Source of the DNA: Eledone cirrhosa | Taxonomy: Eukaryota | Assembly (NCBI GenBank): GCA_964016885.1 | Contig: OZ024743.1 | Span: 28,892,001 to 28,956,000, forward strand | DNA: 64,000 nucleotides | Direction of reading: 5' to 3' | Shown here: in pieces, positions 52,091 to 64,000 of the stretch | Layout of the letters: each line of letters starts with the position of its first letter | How positions within the stretch are numbered: the stretch's first letter is position 1 | Program-made: the position numbers and the translations under genes | The notes under the pieces: generated by a model | Seen by the model: only the letters and a program-made list of their open reading frames with translations | The model's database searches: none | What the model was told of the DNA's origin: nothing

Positions 52091-53420
52091 GAGGTGAGTT
52101 TTATTGTAGCACAATAAAGCAATGCAAATATCGGATAAGTAGCACTCAACAGTTTATAGGACTGGAGTATAAATAATATAAGATCAAAAGATGGTTAAAA
52201 GAGTTCCATGTATTTTATTATGCGCATTTCAAAAACAAATATCATCATGGGATGATAATAAATAGATGTATGGAATTATTTTCGCTCTGCTTGCATAAAT
52301 CCCATAGAACTTTCCATAAAGTATACAGCTAATATCTTACTACCTAATTAGTTTAAAATCTTCTTTTCTCAAACGCTTTTATATCTTTTACAAATATACC
52401 CATCTTTCTACCTTATTTCAGTATATTATATTATACAATTTACTCATTCTATGTCGTTAGCGGTCCCCTATTTTTCTTCTTTTTTAATTTCTAATCTTTA
52501 ATCTGCAACTTTTACTTCTCAATTACTTCTTAATTCATATTATAACTCACTATAGCATTTTCCTTATATTCTTGGCCATACAAATTTTATTTTTAATATA
52601 TACTAATATTACCATTAGTAAATTTTGTAAAAATATATTTTTTTTTTTTTTTTGACGTTATATATTTTTTCTTCCTTGAATTTTCTCCTTTCTTCACTCC
52701 TTCCGTGCTCGTATTAGACCTATTATTTACTTTTTCCTATTACAATACATAGAAACAAACTTGGACCCTATCTAATTCCTCTAAGTTCATAATTCATTTA
52801 ACCTTTTCTTCATTCACCTTATCTCCTTAATATTTTTTTATTTTAATAATACATTTTAATAAATTCCTTTTCGCACATATTATTAAACCCTTCAATATAT
52901 AAACCTTAAATAAATACTATTCTTAATTCCTTTTTCTTTAATCATAAACATCACCATTCATAAACCTCATTAACTTTTAATTTCAAAATTTTTTTCCATT
53001 ATGTATTATCTTACAACAGTTTTTTAAAATTTCTCTGTGAGACAGTGTTTCTCAGTATTAAAGGTTATCTCTCTCTCTCTCACTCATTTCTCCTCCTCTC
53101 TCATCCTTCCTTCTTATACTCCTCCTCCGTCATCCTTTCCTTATTATATTTTTTTCTTATTATTATTTTCTTTCTTCCTCTTCCTTACCTTTTCCTTCCC
53201 CCTTCCTTCTTTTTATCTCAATCTCATATATCCATCTTATTTTATTTTTCATATGTTGATTTAACACTTCACTACTCGCAAGTGTTTTTTAAGCTTCATA
53301 TCATGTCTCCCTATTTTATCTAATGAGAACGCAAATATCATCCCATGATGATATTTGTTTTTGAAATGCGCATAATAAAATACATGGAACTCTTTTAACA
53401 ATCTTTTGATCTTATATTAT
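52087..53420 (+). mobile_element. Second, diverged PLE of the 1683-3965 family with a short inverted pLTR
   Basis: Same start (TA)n|GTAGGAGGTGAGTTTTATTG. The inverted arm runs to 52256, followed by the ORF end IINR..LFSLCLHK, the 3' UTR and the same end GATCTTATATTAT|(TA)n. Confidence 0.85.
53312..53382 (+). ncRNA. Type I hammerhead, G5A-mutated
   Basis: TATTTTAT-CTAATGA-GAACGCAAATATCATCCCATGATGATATTTGTTTTT-GAAA-TGCGCA-TA-ATAAAATA. Confidence 0.7.
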
Positions 53421-53773
53421 ATATATATATATAACCCATGCTAGCATGGAAAATGGACGTTAAACGAAGATGATGATGATGATGTATATTCAGAAGAACA
53501 AAACAAGGTTTTGTATTGAGGTTTTTATTGATTAGACTCAGTTATGAACGTCTCACAGATGGGTGGCTCAAGATCCATATTTATGTTATAGACCTGACTC
53601 CAGCCCCAATCACTCACCAGACATGTTAATCAAACAAAACCAGAATCCCATCTTTTGTTCCTATTAATGTATACACTATGCTATAGCACAGAGTGCTAAT
53701 TTTAGTACCTTCCTCAGTAAACTACAACTCTACAATCACCTAATATATATGATGATGATGATATATATATATA

Positions 53774-54663
53774 CAGGGTGTGGATGATATTTGTTCGTAA
53801 GTTACTGTCTAGGAATAAATTACACAGTAGTTTTATTTTTTAAGATTTATTTATCAAACTTGGGTCAGTTTGTCTTCATGACTTGTTCTTTCGATCTCAT
53901 TCGATAAACCCGCCATTGGCTTTGATGACGGCCTCAAGGCGGCCTCGGAACCGGCTACAGGCTTTCGTCACTGTCCCCCGACTTAGGCCCCTAAAGGCAC
54001 TTGTGATCCTGGCCTTCAGATTGTCTTTCGTATTGCAGCTAGATCTGTTGGTGTCTCTTCCACTGAGCCCCACACAAAGAAGTCGAGGGGGTTGCAGTCA
54101 GGTGAGGTGGGAGGCCAGATGTCAGGTGAAGTGTGGTCGACGAAGTTCTCTGACAGCCAGGCTTTGGTCTTTCGGCTGGTATGGCAGGGCGCTGAGTCTT
54201 GCTGCCACACGTACGGCCTACCTGCAGCTACCTGGTCGATCCAGGGCTTTACTACCTCGCTCAGAACGTGGATGTAGCCATCGCTGTTCAGCTTGAGGCC
54301 CTCAAGGAAGAAGTGAGGTGGCACGACGTCACCTTGACTGCTGACGACACCTAAGACCAATGCTGTCGCTGGAAACTTTGTCTGCATGACTCTGGGCATG
54401 TCTTTGGATGAGACAGCGAGCCACCTGTTGTTCTGGGAGTTGATCTTCTGGTCTTATTTGTCCTCCAAGCGCGGATTCCAAGAAGAACTCCGTATCTCTT
54501 CCACAAATTTGGAGGTTCAAAATTATTCATAATCAATTATTCTGAAAATGAATAATGGAAATATAGTCACTGTTTTTATGAAGACAAGAGTGACAACGGA
54601 AGTGAAAATAATTTGCATAAAATTAGCAGTTGGAAATTGCGAACAAATATCGTCCGCACTCTG
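53774..54663 (-). mobile_element. DD37D (maT) Tc1/mariner element, internally deleted
   Basis: TIRs TA|CAGGGTGTGGATGATATTTGTTCG and CGAACAAATATCGTCCGCACTCTG|TA. WQQD-x37-D (WPPTSPDCNPLD) lies in ORF 54016-54399. Confidence 0.9.
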
Positions 54664-56479
54664 TATATCATCATCATATTCGTTTAACTTCCATTTTCCA
54701 CACTAGCATGGGTTAGACAGGTTGCCCCATTAGAGGCAATTTGGGTTGGGTGACCATGTCTTTCTCATATATATATAAAGTTAGGAAAATCAACAAAGAG
54801 AGGACAAGACAACAAATGAAAACAAAGCAACACAAAAAACAATTTCTATGGATCCTTCATGTGATTGGAAAAGGATTATATCTCTACCCCTCTTACTATC
54901 AATTACCTCTGTGCATCTATTACACATGAAATCTTCCTTTCCTGTTAGTGAGCAGAGGATGGCAGAATTATCATGGATGCAGTGAAGTTGCTTTGTTTTT
55001 TTAAATCATTTTTTAAAATCATTTATTAATCCGTTACACAAGTTTTGCTGCTTTTGATTGCCTAATAGACCTGCAGCAATTAATAACAAATTATAAAATT
55101 CGTTTAATTTCAGTGCACTGTGTTGAACAATTAGCTGTGTTCACATCTTTTCAGAAGAAACAAGATTTGATGTTGGTGTGGAATGTACTTTGACAAAGGC
55201 GACTTTGTTAGTGGATACTGTAGTAGAGGATCAATCAGTGTGCAACATTTAGTGTGGGAATTTGGATGAAACTGATATTCCGATCAGAATATTATATGGC
55301 TGCAGCATAACACACAGTATTCAGGCAAATTAACATATGGTATTTACTTGGGGTTTAGTATTGCTAGTAGATATGGGGATATGTCAAATTCTTTCAGAAG
55401 AATTGAGTTTATTCTTATTTATTCATTGATTTAAGGCACAGGGACAACTGAAGTCTTTATTCCATCACCTTCTTTTATTGGCCTCAGTCTGGAATTTCAT
55501 TATTTACTGGCGACATGGTGTCTGTATGGTTTTTATTTTTGTTGTTTGTAGATAGAGATTATTAGGATCAAGATAACAGGTTTTTTTTAGGTAGTGGTCA
55601 GAGCTAAGTTGCAGGGTGCCTAGGTAAATATTCAAGATTAGGATTTATGGATTTTGATATAGATTTATCTAAATAGTGATATCAGAGATGTCTGTAAAAA
55701 CGTCTTATTTTATTTCCTATTTTTTTTTTTTTAGCCATAAATGGATAATTAAGACAGGTTAAATTGTTTTAAGGTGTGATGTTAAATAATATTTAGATAT
55801 GTTGGTTGGGTTTTGATTATGGAAATCATATAATTGTAATTTGAGTTATTGAGTGCTTTAAGTATGTGGAGTAATTCTTAGATGTGTTGATTTGGTTTTG
55901 ATTATGTATATTTGTATTGTGAGTTGTTGGGTGCTTTTAGTATATACATTATTATGTTGAGTATTTTAATGTGTTGTTTAATCTAAAGAGGTGGCAATTA
56001 TTTTATGTGAGTTTAGTGATGCTTTGTTTAACTTTATGGGTAATAACTTCTAGCACTTTGACTGAGCAAAAGTCACATTTCCTATGTATGATTTTGCAGT
56101 CTTAACAACCATCTATATATAAATTTCTGCAATTCTGTCACAACACATAAAGAGAGAGGAGTAATTTGACTACCTCATACTACTCCTCTCTCTTTACGTC
56201 TGCTGCCTGTGTGAATGTATGTATGTGTAAAAGGAAGGAAGGGGATAGTGAAAAAACTATAGCAAAATAGTGGCTTGTGTTCCATTTGTTATGCTGTGTA
56301 TTTTTGTAATTGTGTCTGTTTGCATGTTTATATTTATATACTCATACATATAAATGTATGCAGATGCACATACACACATGCACACACATATACAGATACA
56401 TGTCAGCATGTTGAAAAAAATCCTAGTATTTTATATTTAGGGTTATTTCTTTTCAAATCCAAGATTTTTCTCACTAAGG

Positions 56480-56820
56480 CAGTTGTTTTTTAGCATATTT
56501 GAACGGATATGTATACACATAATGGCATTTTTTAACTGCTTCACTGTTTCCCCAAAGTTATATGTGCCACTGGTGGATGTTATCTTGCATTCATATACAA
56601 TGTTTCTGTACAGATATCTATCCCCTCAGGGCAGTTCATGGGTTACAGTTGCAGTTTTCTATATTGTATTAGCTACTAGGTGGGGACATTGGTGAAGTGG
56701 GAGGTATATTTGGCAGTGTTTGTACACATTCCACATTTTACAGAATGTTTGCTTGATCGAAGCCTTCAGTGAAGACATACAGTTGTGAGAAGTCACGTTG
56801 GATATTGCTTTAATTATGCC
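56480..56820 (-). pseudogene. Very decayed PLE Cys-linker/GIY-YIG remnant
   Basis: Minus strand gives CNC..CP..G...NIVYECKITSTSGTYNFGETVKQLK across frameshifts. Confidence 0.5.
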
Positions 56821-56827
56821 CCATAGC

Positions 56828-58283
56828 CAAGATGTAACAGGTAAATTGGGATAAGTTTCAAAGGAGCATATTTCTAATTGTATAGATTTTATTCAAGTCT
56901 AAATGTTAAATATTACCAGATTGAATAATCACCTGTACTATTTTTCATTTTAGATTGAAAAAATTCTGAATGTTAATAAAGAATTAAATTGTAGAAGTGT
57001 AATTGTCAAATTATTCCGCACTGACAAAAGTGCTGGGGAGATTGTTAGAGCCACAAAGTATGCCAAATCTACTGTTTTTATAGTTGTAGTCAATTTGAAG
57101 AAAATTCAGGATGTTCAGAGAAAGCCACACAGTCCTCCCAGTGACCAAAAATGCACACCACACTTCTTAGCAGAGCTTAAAAGATTGATTGAGTCGAACC
57201 CATTGGAATCAGTAAAATGATCATTTCTAGGTCTGTGAGACAAGACCTCCATTTGAAATCATATATGAAGAGACACCGTAACATCCTAACTACCCACTCC
57301 AAAGCCATTCAAGCTAAAAGAAGTCCGAAACTTCTTAGTCATTTGAAACATTGGGACGGTGACATCCACATCTTCGTGGATGAAAAGAAGTTTGTGGTAG
57401 ACTAAGTTGTAAACCGTCAAAACTCATGAGTGATAGCATATGACCCTTCCCAAGTTCCTTCAGTTATGCATAACAAGAATCCTTCTTTCATTATGTCTTT
57501 GGAGCTGTTGCAAGTGATAGGAAATTGATGCCTCCTCGTTTTATTGACACGGGTCTTAAAATCAACATAGCAGAGTATCTCAAAATTTTAGAAGTTTTGT
57601 TACCTTGGATTAAGAAGCATTATGATGCAAGTCGAGTCATGTTTGTACAGGACTATGCACCTGCCCATTCTTCAAAAAGAGTGTAAGAATTTTTAAAGAA
57701 AAAATTGCCCAAGTTTGTCCCTAAAGATATCTGGCTCGCTAGCTTGCCTGATTTGAATCTGTATGACTTTTGGCTATGGGATGCAGCTGAAGCAATATCC
57801 AACACAACTTCTCACAACTGTGTGGCTTCACTGAAGGCATCAATCAGGCGACCATTTGGTCAAATGAAAAATGAAGAAATAGTTAAGGAATGTGCATTAT
57901 TTTGTAAACGGATTGAACTGGTAAAGAAAGCAAATGGCATTCACATTGAACTGAAATAAGTGCTAAAAACTCTATAAGAAATTGACAGAAACAAAAAATA
58001 TGCAGTTTTATTTATCTGAGTTATACAAATTATAATTGTTTCTACGTTTGGCACAAGGCCAGCAATTACCCAGTATATTACTGGTACTTTATTTTATCAA
58101 CCCCGTAAGGATGAAAGGCAAAGTTAACCTCGGCGGGATTTGAACTCAGTTCGTAAAGGGACGTAACTGTGCTGCAAAGCATGGCGTCTGACCCTCTACC
58201 GATACTGCCAATCCACCACCATCTGAGTTATACAAATTATAATAAAGATATTTAAATGGTCCCAATTTACCTGTTACACCCTG
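56828..58283 (+). mobile_element. DD37D (maT) Tc1/mariner element, full length, decayed
   Basis: TIR TGTAACAGGTAAATTGGGA and TCCCAATTTACCTGTTACACCCTG|TA. Has an HTH-like N-terminus, IFVDEKKF and FVQD-x37-D (LPDLNLYD), with stops and frameshifts. Confidence 0.88.
58033..58220 (-). mobile_element. S1 SINE nested in the maT element
   Basis: TSD ATCTGAGTTATACAAATTATAAT, starting at 58014 and 58221. Confidence 0.9.
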
Positions 58284-60439
58284 TATGAGTGTTTTGTACG
58301 AATGTGTTAAATACACAGGATATTTCAATATACTAAGTTTGTGATGCCATATTTATTAGAATTTAAAAAAATGTTTCACATAGAAATTCATAAAGAACTC
58401 TTTAGAAAATTTAAAAATAAAGAAGTTTCTATGGGTGGGGTGCTTATTCCAAAATTTTACCAAAAGTCACTTGGCAAATTTGGAAAAATTGGATGTGGCA
58501 GAATTTGATACAATTGAATGTAACTAAGCAAAAGGCAATATGGCATAATGTATCCAATAGTATCCTGGCAAGAGTATTGAAAAGCTACAGAAAATATGTA
58601 AAACAGAAAATGAATTATTAGAAGGATGATGTGAATGTAAGCATTATAATAGACCTGAAATGGATAGTTTTATTATTGATGATGGATTTGATGAAAAAAA
58701 AAGCAAAAATAAATATAAGAAAGAGAATTTTCTTATATTTGAAATTAATTCACTGGGTAAAGTTTCCAGAAATGTATTCTGTAAACAGCAATGGGCTTCA
58801 AAAATAGAATGTTAATAGGTGACAGTGACAAACAACTTGCACGTGTAAAGCATAAAACACCTGAAGTTGTAATATATATGTATTTCCTTTATATATATCA
58901 TACATATATACATACACATATGTATAGATGCATATATGCATGCATACAAAGACATACACATATACATACACCATACATGCATGCTTACATGGATACATAC
59001 ATACACACACATGCATACACACACATTCACATACACACACACACACTCATATATATATAACTTTTGCTAGCAAGGAAAATGAACATATCATAATCATGAT
59101 GATAAGACATGTAGATATAGTGACATAAATATAAAGATATAGATGCAATAATATAAATGTAGAGAAAGCAGACAGTTAGATAACATCATCTGATGAAATA
59201 CAGAGAGCTAATAAACATCATGTCTAAAGTTGGTGATGCTAGTGACACAAGAGGCTCCCAGTTCACCCTGTATAGTGGTTGTGTTGCTGATATGAAAACA
59301 ACAAAGCACCTAGTCCAGCCTGTAAGGTGGTCTTGCTGGTGACACAAGAAAAAAATGCACCCAGTCCACTCTGTAAAGTGGTTGTGCTGGTGTCAACAAA
59401 AAGCACCTAGTTAACCATGTAAGATGGTTGTTCTGGTGACATGAAGAAAAAAATCACCCATTTCCCTTGTTAGATAGTCGCTTTGATGCCACAATAAAAA
59501 CCATCGCGTCTACTCTGTAACATGGTTGGCATTACAAAGGACATCTACCCAAAGAAATGAAACCAAAATATAGATCCATATGAGCAAGATGTGGTCTCTT
59601 GACCTGACTTGTCTCATGACATAACAACCTGTCTAACCCATGCAAGCAGGGAAAAATAGACATTGAATGATGATGATGATATATATATATATGGGAAGCG
59701 AATTTAACCATAGAAACATACCAACAAATTCTATGTGATTGGTATTAGGAAGGTCCTCCAGCTGTAGAAACCATGCCAAAAGTAACATCTAATGAAGCAC
59801 CATTAATAGTTGAAAAACAATTAAAGCTGTATGTACACACATGCATGTGTGTGTGTGTGTGTGTGTGTGTGTGACCTCTACACAACTACAACTGTCTCTT
59901 TAATTTGTTTGAAATTATCAATCACTAATTAATGTACTAAGGACCTTATTCAACTTTGGTCTCTTTCCATTTCTCCTGATCATCTAACATTTGTTTTTCC
60001 TCACAAGCAAAATTTCAATGCGTTGTCACAATATGTCAGTACTTAATCAGAGTCATTGATTTCTCAGATCGGCCAAGGGCTACATCTTACTTACATATGT
60101 TCCCGCACTCAGCAGAGTGCACCCTGTATTTTGACATAGCACTACTACTTGTGAGGTCATCAAGTCTTCAACACAACTGAAATATCCTCTCTATTCTTTG
60201 TTTGGCAAGTGTTCTGTGGTTGGATATCCTTTGTATTATCAACCACTTTACAGAGTATACTGGGTACATTTTATTGTGGCAACAGCACTAGAAAAATTCC
60301 TCCAGACAAAAAAAATCTCTCAAACCTAATATTGTCTCTGATTTATCAGCAACACTGTAGCCTCCAGTCTCACCATGTTTACATTCATTTTTATGTTATT
60401 TTTTGTATTATGGCATATCACATATCAGCTCAGTCTAAT

Positions 60440-60765
60440 GTCATATCCTTCATGAAGTTCAATTCTTGAAATCATTCTTCCCATTCCTCTTTGGTCTCCC
60501 TCTCCCACAGGTTCCAGCAATTTTAAGTGCTCAGCACTTTTTATACAGCTGTCATTCTCCTTACACATCACATGACCATAACAGTACAATTGTCTCTCTT
60601 GCTTGCTACATTCAGTTCCTCTTATTCTCAGCATGTTTGAATAAGATGAACATTCATGTACACAAACATTACCCATCCAATGAAGCATGCATGCTTCATG
60701 TCTTTTTAGCCACCAGATCATCTACACTCAGGGCCCATGTCTCACTGACATGTAGCATACCATAA
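60440..60765 (-). mobile_element. RTE LINE C-terminal remnant
   Basis: LKRHEACMLHWMGNV...QERQLYCYGHV. Confidence 0.6.
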
Positions 60766-62104
60766 TGAACTGTCCAACCCATGCAAGTGTGGAAAGCAAA
60801 TGTAAAATGATGATGATACACATACATTGGATATGTATGGACAAATATGAAAGAGGTTGATGTGTGTGTGAACCATCACATCATCAAACCTATATGCTCT
60901 AAACCAAGTTAAGATCTATAATCCTGCCACACCAGTTAATATAAGATTTTAGTCATACTCCAAGATTTTAAACATTTGCTCAATCAAAAAACACACAAAA
61001 GCTAGACTACTGAATGTAAGTGCAAACCTTTCTACCTAATCCCTTAAAATATAAGCCTGCTTTTCCCCAATCTGCCTAACTGATATCTAATCACTCCTTC
61101 ACAATGGAAGGCTTGGTAATAGAAAGGCCATCCAACTGTAGAATAAGTACTTGAAGAAGAGAGGAAAAACTTCTCGAGCAATCATATAAAATGATGTTAA
61201 ACAGGGCAGAAAAACAACTAATAGCAACAGTTTTGTTTCCAAAACAGAGAAAGCAACAGAGGATACAAGTATTTGTATAATTTTGTAATTTCAACAAGCT
61301 AAAAATATATGACAGAATAAAAGAACAATTATAGCACTAAAATGTTTCTGAAATATTTTTAAAACTTTATAACATTTAAACTGAAAAAAAAATGTTCTAA
61401 CTTCAGTGTACATAAATAGTATTGTGTATAAACATTTTAAATAGTTTAACTGTTGAATTGATGAATTAAAATATTCAAAACAAAGTAAATGATTTTATAT
61501 ATAATGAAGTGAAAATCTAAAACTATTAAATGACAATGTAGTTATCATAGAGTTAGTTTGTAATCTTAGTTAATGTTTACAAGTATTTTATCTATGATAT
61601 TGGGCATCTTGTAATTATCATTAAAATCAATTCATTGAATAATGCAGCAGACAGTGGATAATTTGTCTATTTTCATTTTTTATAAGTAATTTGTGAGCTA
61701 AGAGAAGGCTATTTTAATGACTCAATGTGGAAATAATTTGAATGATTTGACCTACAATAGAGAATTAGATAATAAATATCCAATGTTTGGAGTATGTATT
61801 AAATTATGTATAAATATACAACAATGAGTGAATTAAGATAAACTGTTATATAGAAATTATTTCTAATGAGTTAGTGCAGTCTTGCTGAATATCATATTAC
61901 AATTATGTCTTCATCATCATCATTTCATTTTACGTCCGCTTTTCCCTGCCTCCAAGGGTGGGACGGGAACAGATTATGGCTTGATTTCTACAGCTGGATG
62001 CCCTTCCTAACACCAACCTCATTTACAGTGAGTGCTGGGTGCTTTTTTGCCGTGGCACCTCCACAACTACTTTGCAGTGGAATGATAGGGACTGGGGTCA
62101 CACA

Positions 62105-62258
62105 TATCTTCACCTCTCATTTCTACAGCTGAGGAAACTGGAGCAATGTGAAATAAAGTGTCTTGCTCAAGGAAACAACACATCATCCAGTCTGAGAATT
62201 GAACTCACAACCTTTCGATTGCAAGGCCAATGCTCTAACCACTAAGCCATGTGCCTCC
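62105..62258 (-). mobile_element. S2 SINE
   Basis: AAAGTGTCTTGCTCAAGGA..GAATTGAACTC..CTAACCACTAAGCCA is the reverse complement of the 14645 head. Confidence 0.75.
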
Positions 62259-62739
62259 ATGTGTCTTCTTAACTCTTATATTTCATTATTTAGATGTCCA
62301 GAGTGAGACTTTTACAAGAGGAGCCTAATTATCTGATTATGTCAAGGAAGCATTTTACAATATAAACACACACACAATGGTTGTCTGCTCATGTCCAAGA
62401 GTGACCAGCCTTGACAATAAAAATAATCATGTTTTGAACAGTCACTCTTTAAGTTTGACAGACTCTAACATGTTTTTCTGAAGACCTTTCAAACTAAACA
62501 GCTTACATGCACATTAGTATACAAATATACATTTTGATGTCTAGCATTGCTTTTTAAGCCATTAATAGATCTGCAAACCTTCCCATATGTACAGCATATT
62601 ATACAATTTATTGCCATGAACATACTATAGTCAAGGTATTGTCTGATCTTGTGACTTTATGGGTGACATATATGCCCATGAATATTACAGACTAAGTTTA
62701 CCCCATCCACTTTACAAATTATGCTTTTTCATGCAGCTC

Positions 62740-62990
62740 ACGTAACTTTTGCACCCACTTCATCCTGTTTCTATTTTCTCCAATGGTTGTGATGAAAAGC
62801 ATTTCTTTCCCAGTTGACATCACTTATTTTCAATGCTTTCAAAGAGAAGTTTGCACAATCCTTAAAATACAGCCTGCATTTGAACTGATGATGCTTTCTG
62901 TATACAAGCTCACCATTCAATATCTGATTTGGAATCCTCTGATCATTTATTTGCATGGGTTGGATAGGTCTTTTCCAACACAACATCCCC
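62740..62990 (-). mobile_element. RTE LINE C-terminal remnant
   Basis: DQRIPNQILNGEL...YFKD...NWE..A.....WR. Confidence 0.7.
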
Positions 62991-63254
62991 TCACTTGCCA
63001 TGGTCATTCATTAACTCGACTATGAGTTTCAGTGATTTGATATCAGCTCTCAGAAACTCTGCCCAGCTCTTCCTTGGTCTCCCTCTACTGTAGCTCCTTT
63101 CCACTAGGATTTCTTGGCACTTCTTCACCCAATAATTGTCATCCATAAATGAGGAGTTTAAGACTGGCTGTCCATGGAAACTTTTTTATGGTTCATATAG
63201 CTGAATCAATAGAATAATGAGAGAACAAATCTCAACTGAGCAAACAAAATTTAC

Positions 63255-64000
63255 AAAAGGCCTGAAAGTAAACTTAGCAAACCCTAAAGTGCTAATACGT
63301 AGGAAAGAAGACAGGATACTGATCCCATCAGGGAAAATGGGCCTATTCAATATGCAGAAAAGGAATAGGTAGAAACTCTATATGCAAATCTTGACTACAC
63401 AAGAGGTAATTGATAGTAAATAAATGTCAGTGATATAAACCTTTTCCAATCACATGAGGATCCATAAAAGTGGTTGATAACTTTTGCTAACTACGTAATC
63501 TAATAAGCAGTGGAGGAGGGTGATCAGAGAGTATAGCTGCTAGAATAAGGATAGGATGGAAAAAGTTTAGAGAGCTACTGCCTCTGTGTGTGAAGTCCGA
63601 TGCTGCATAGTAGTGAAAAAAGGGCAGTGACTGCAACAGATATGCATGGGCTGGAGAGAAATGAAGCAAGCATGCTTCGATGGATGTGCAATGTAAATGC
63701 AAGAGAATAGTAGAGCTTGGATGAACTGAGGGAAAAGCTAGGTGGTATAAGAGGTGTCAGATGTAGTGTGCAAGAAAGGAGACTGCAATGGTATAGACAA
63801 ATTATCTGCATGGTTGGTGATTGTTGGGTGAAGAAGTATCAGGAAATCCCAATAGAAGGAATCCACAGTAGAAGAAGACCAAGGAAGACTTGGGTAGAGG
63901 TGGTGAGAGCAGATCTCAAATCGGTGAAACAGAGAGGAGATGACAAACGAAGCAAGAAGTGGAGAGATGCTGTGCTGAAAAAGACCCATCCAACCCATGC
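63255..64000 (+). mobile_element. RTE LINE 3' remnant
   Basis: LKVNLA..KVL, SICRKGIGRNSI, VDNFC*LRNLISSGGG*SESIAARIRIGWKKFRELLPL, MLRWMCNV, QERRLQWY, ending CCAACCCATGC. Confidence 0.8.

Noticed and set aside
55030-55085. Hammerhead-like remnant on the minus strand (GCTGC..GCAGC AAAA CTTGTG TA)
   Set aside because: Neither the CUGANGA box nor GAAA is intact.
60096-60177. Candidate upstream M1AP exon with AG/GT boundaries (also ~62512-62570)
   Set aside because: The translations show no similarity to the expected M1AP segment.

Overview
This is AT-rich, microsatellite-dense animal genomic DNA. The SINE, MITE and microsatellite content suggests a coleoid cephalopod such as Octopus, which is an inference. 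The only host gene I can support is the 3' part of an M1AP (meiosis 1 arrest protein) orthologue on the minus strand, with four coding exons between 40984 and 51556. Everything else is transposon-derived. (i) A ~10 kb (CATA)n microsatellite hotspot (4.9-14.6 kb) holds a near full-length decayed R4/Dong-clade non-LTR retrotransposon with a restriction-like endonuclease (RLE), 3' ends of a sister family, and two non-coding elements that insert in the same repeat, apparently on the opposite strand. (ii) Several Penelope-like elements (PLEs) are present, including a ~790 bp near-perfect palindrome. (iii) There are at least eight type I hammerhead ribozyme motifs, one with a U3-A8 compensatory core. 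(iv) There are two DD37D (maT) Tc1/mariner elements, a pogo remnant, TTAA MITEs, RTE LINE fragments and about 20 tRNA-derived SINEs, some in convergent arrays. Most ORFs in the supplied track are microsatellite artefacts.
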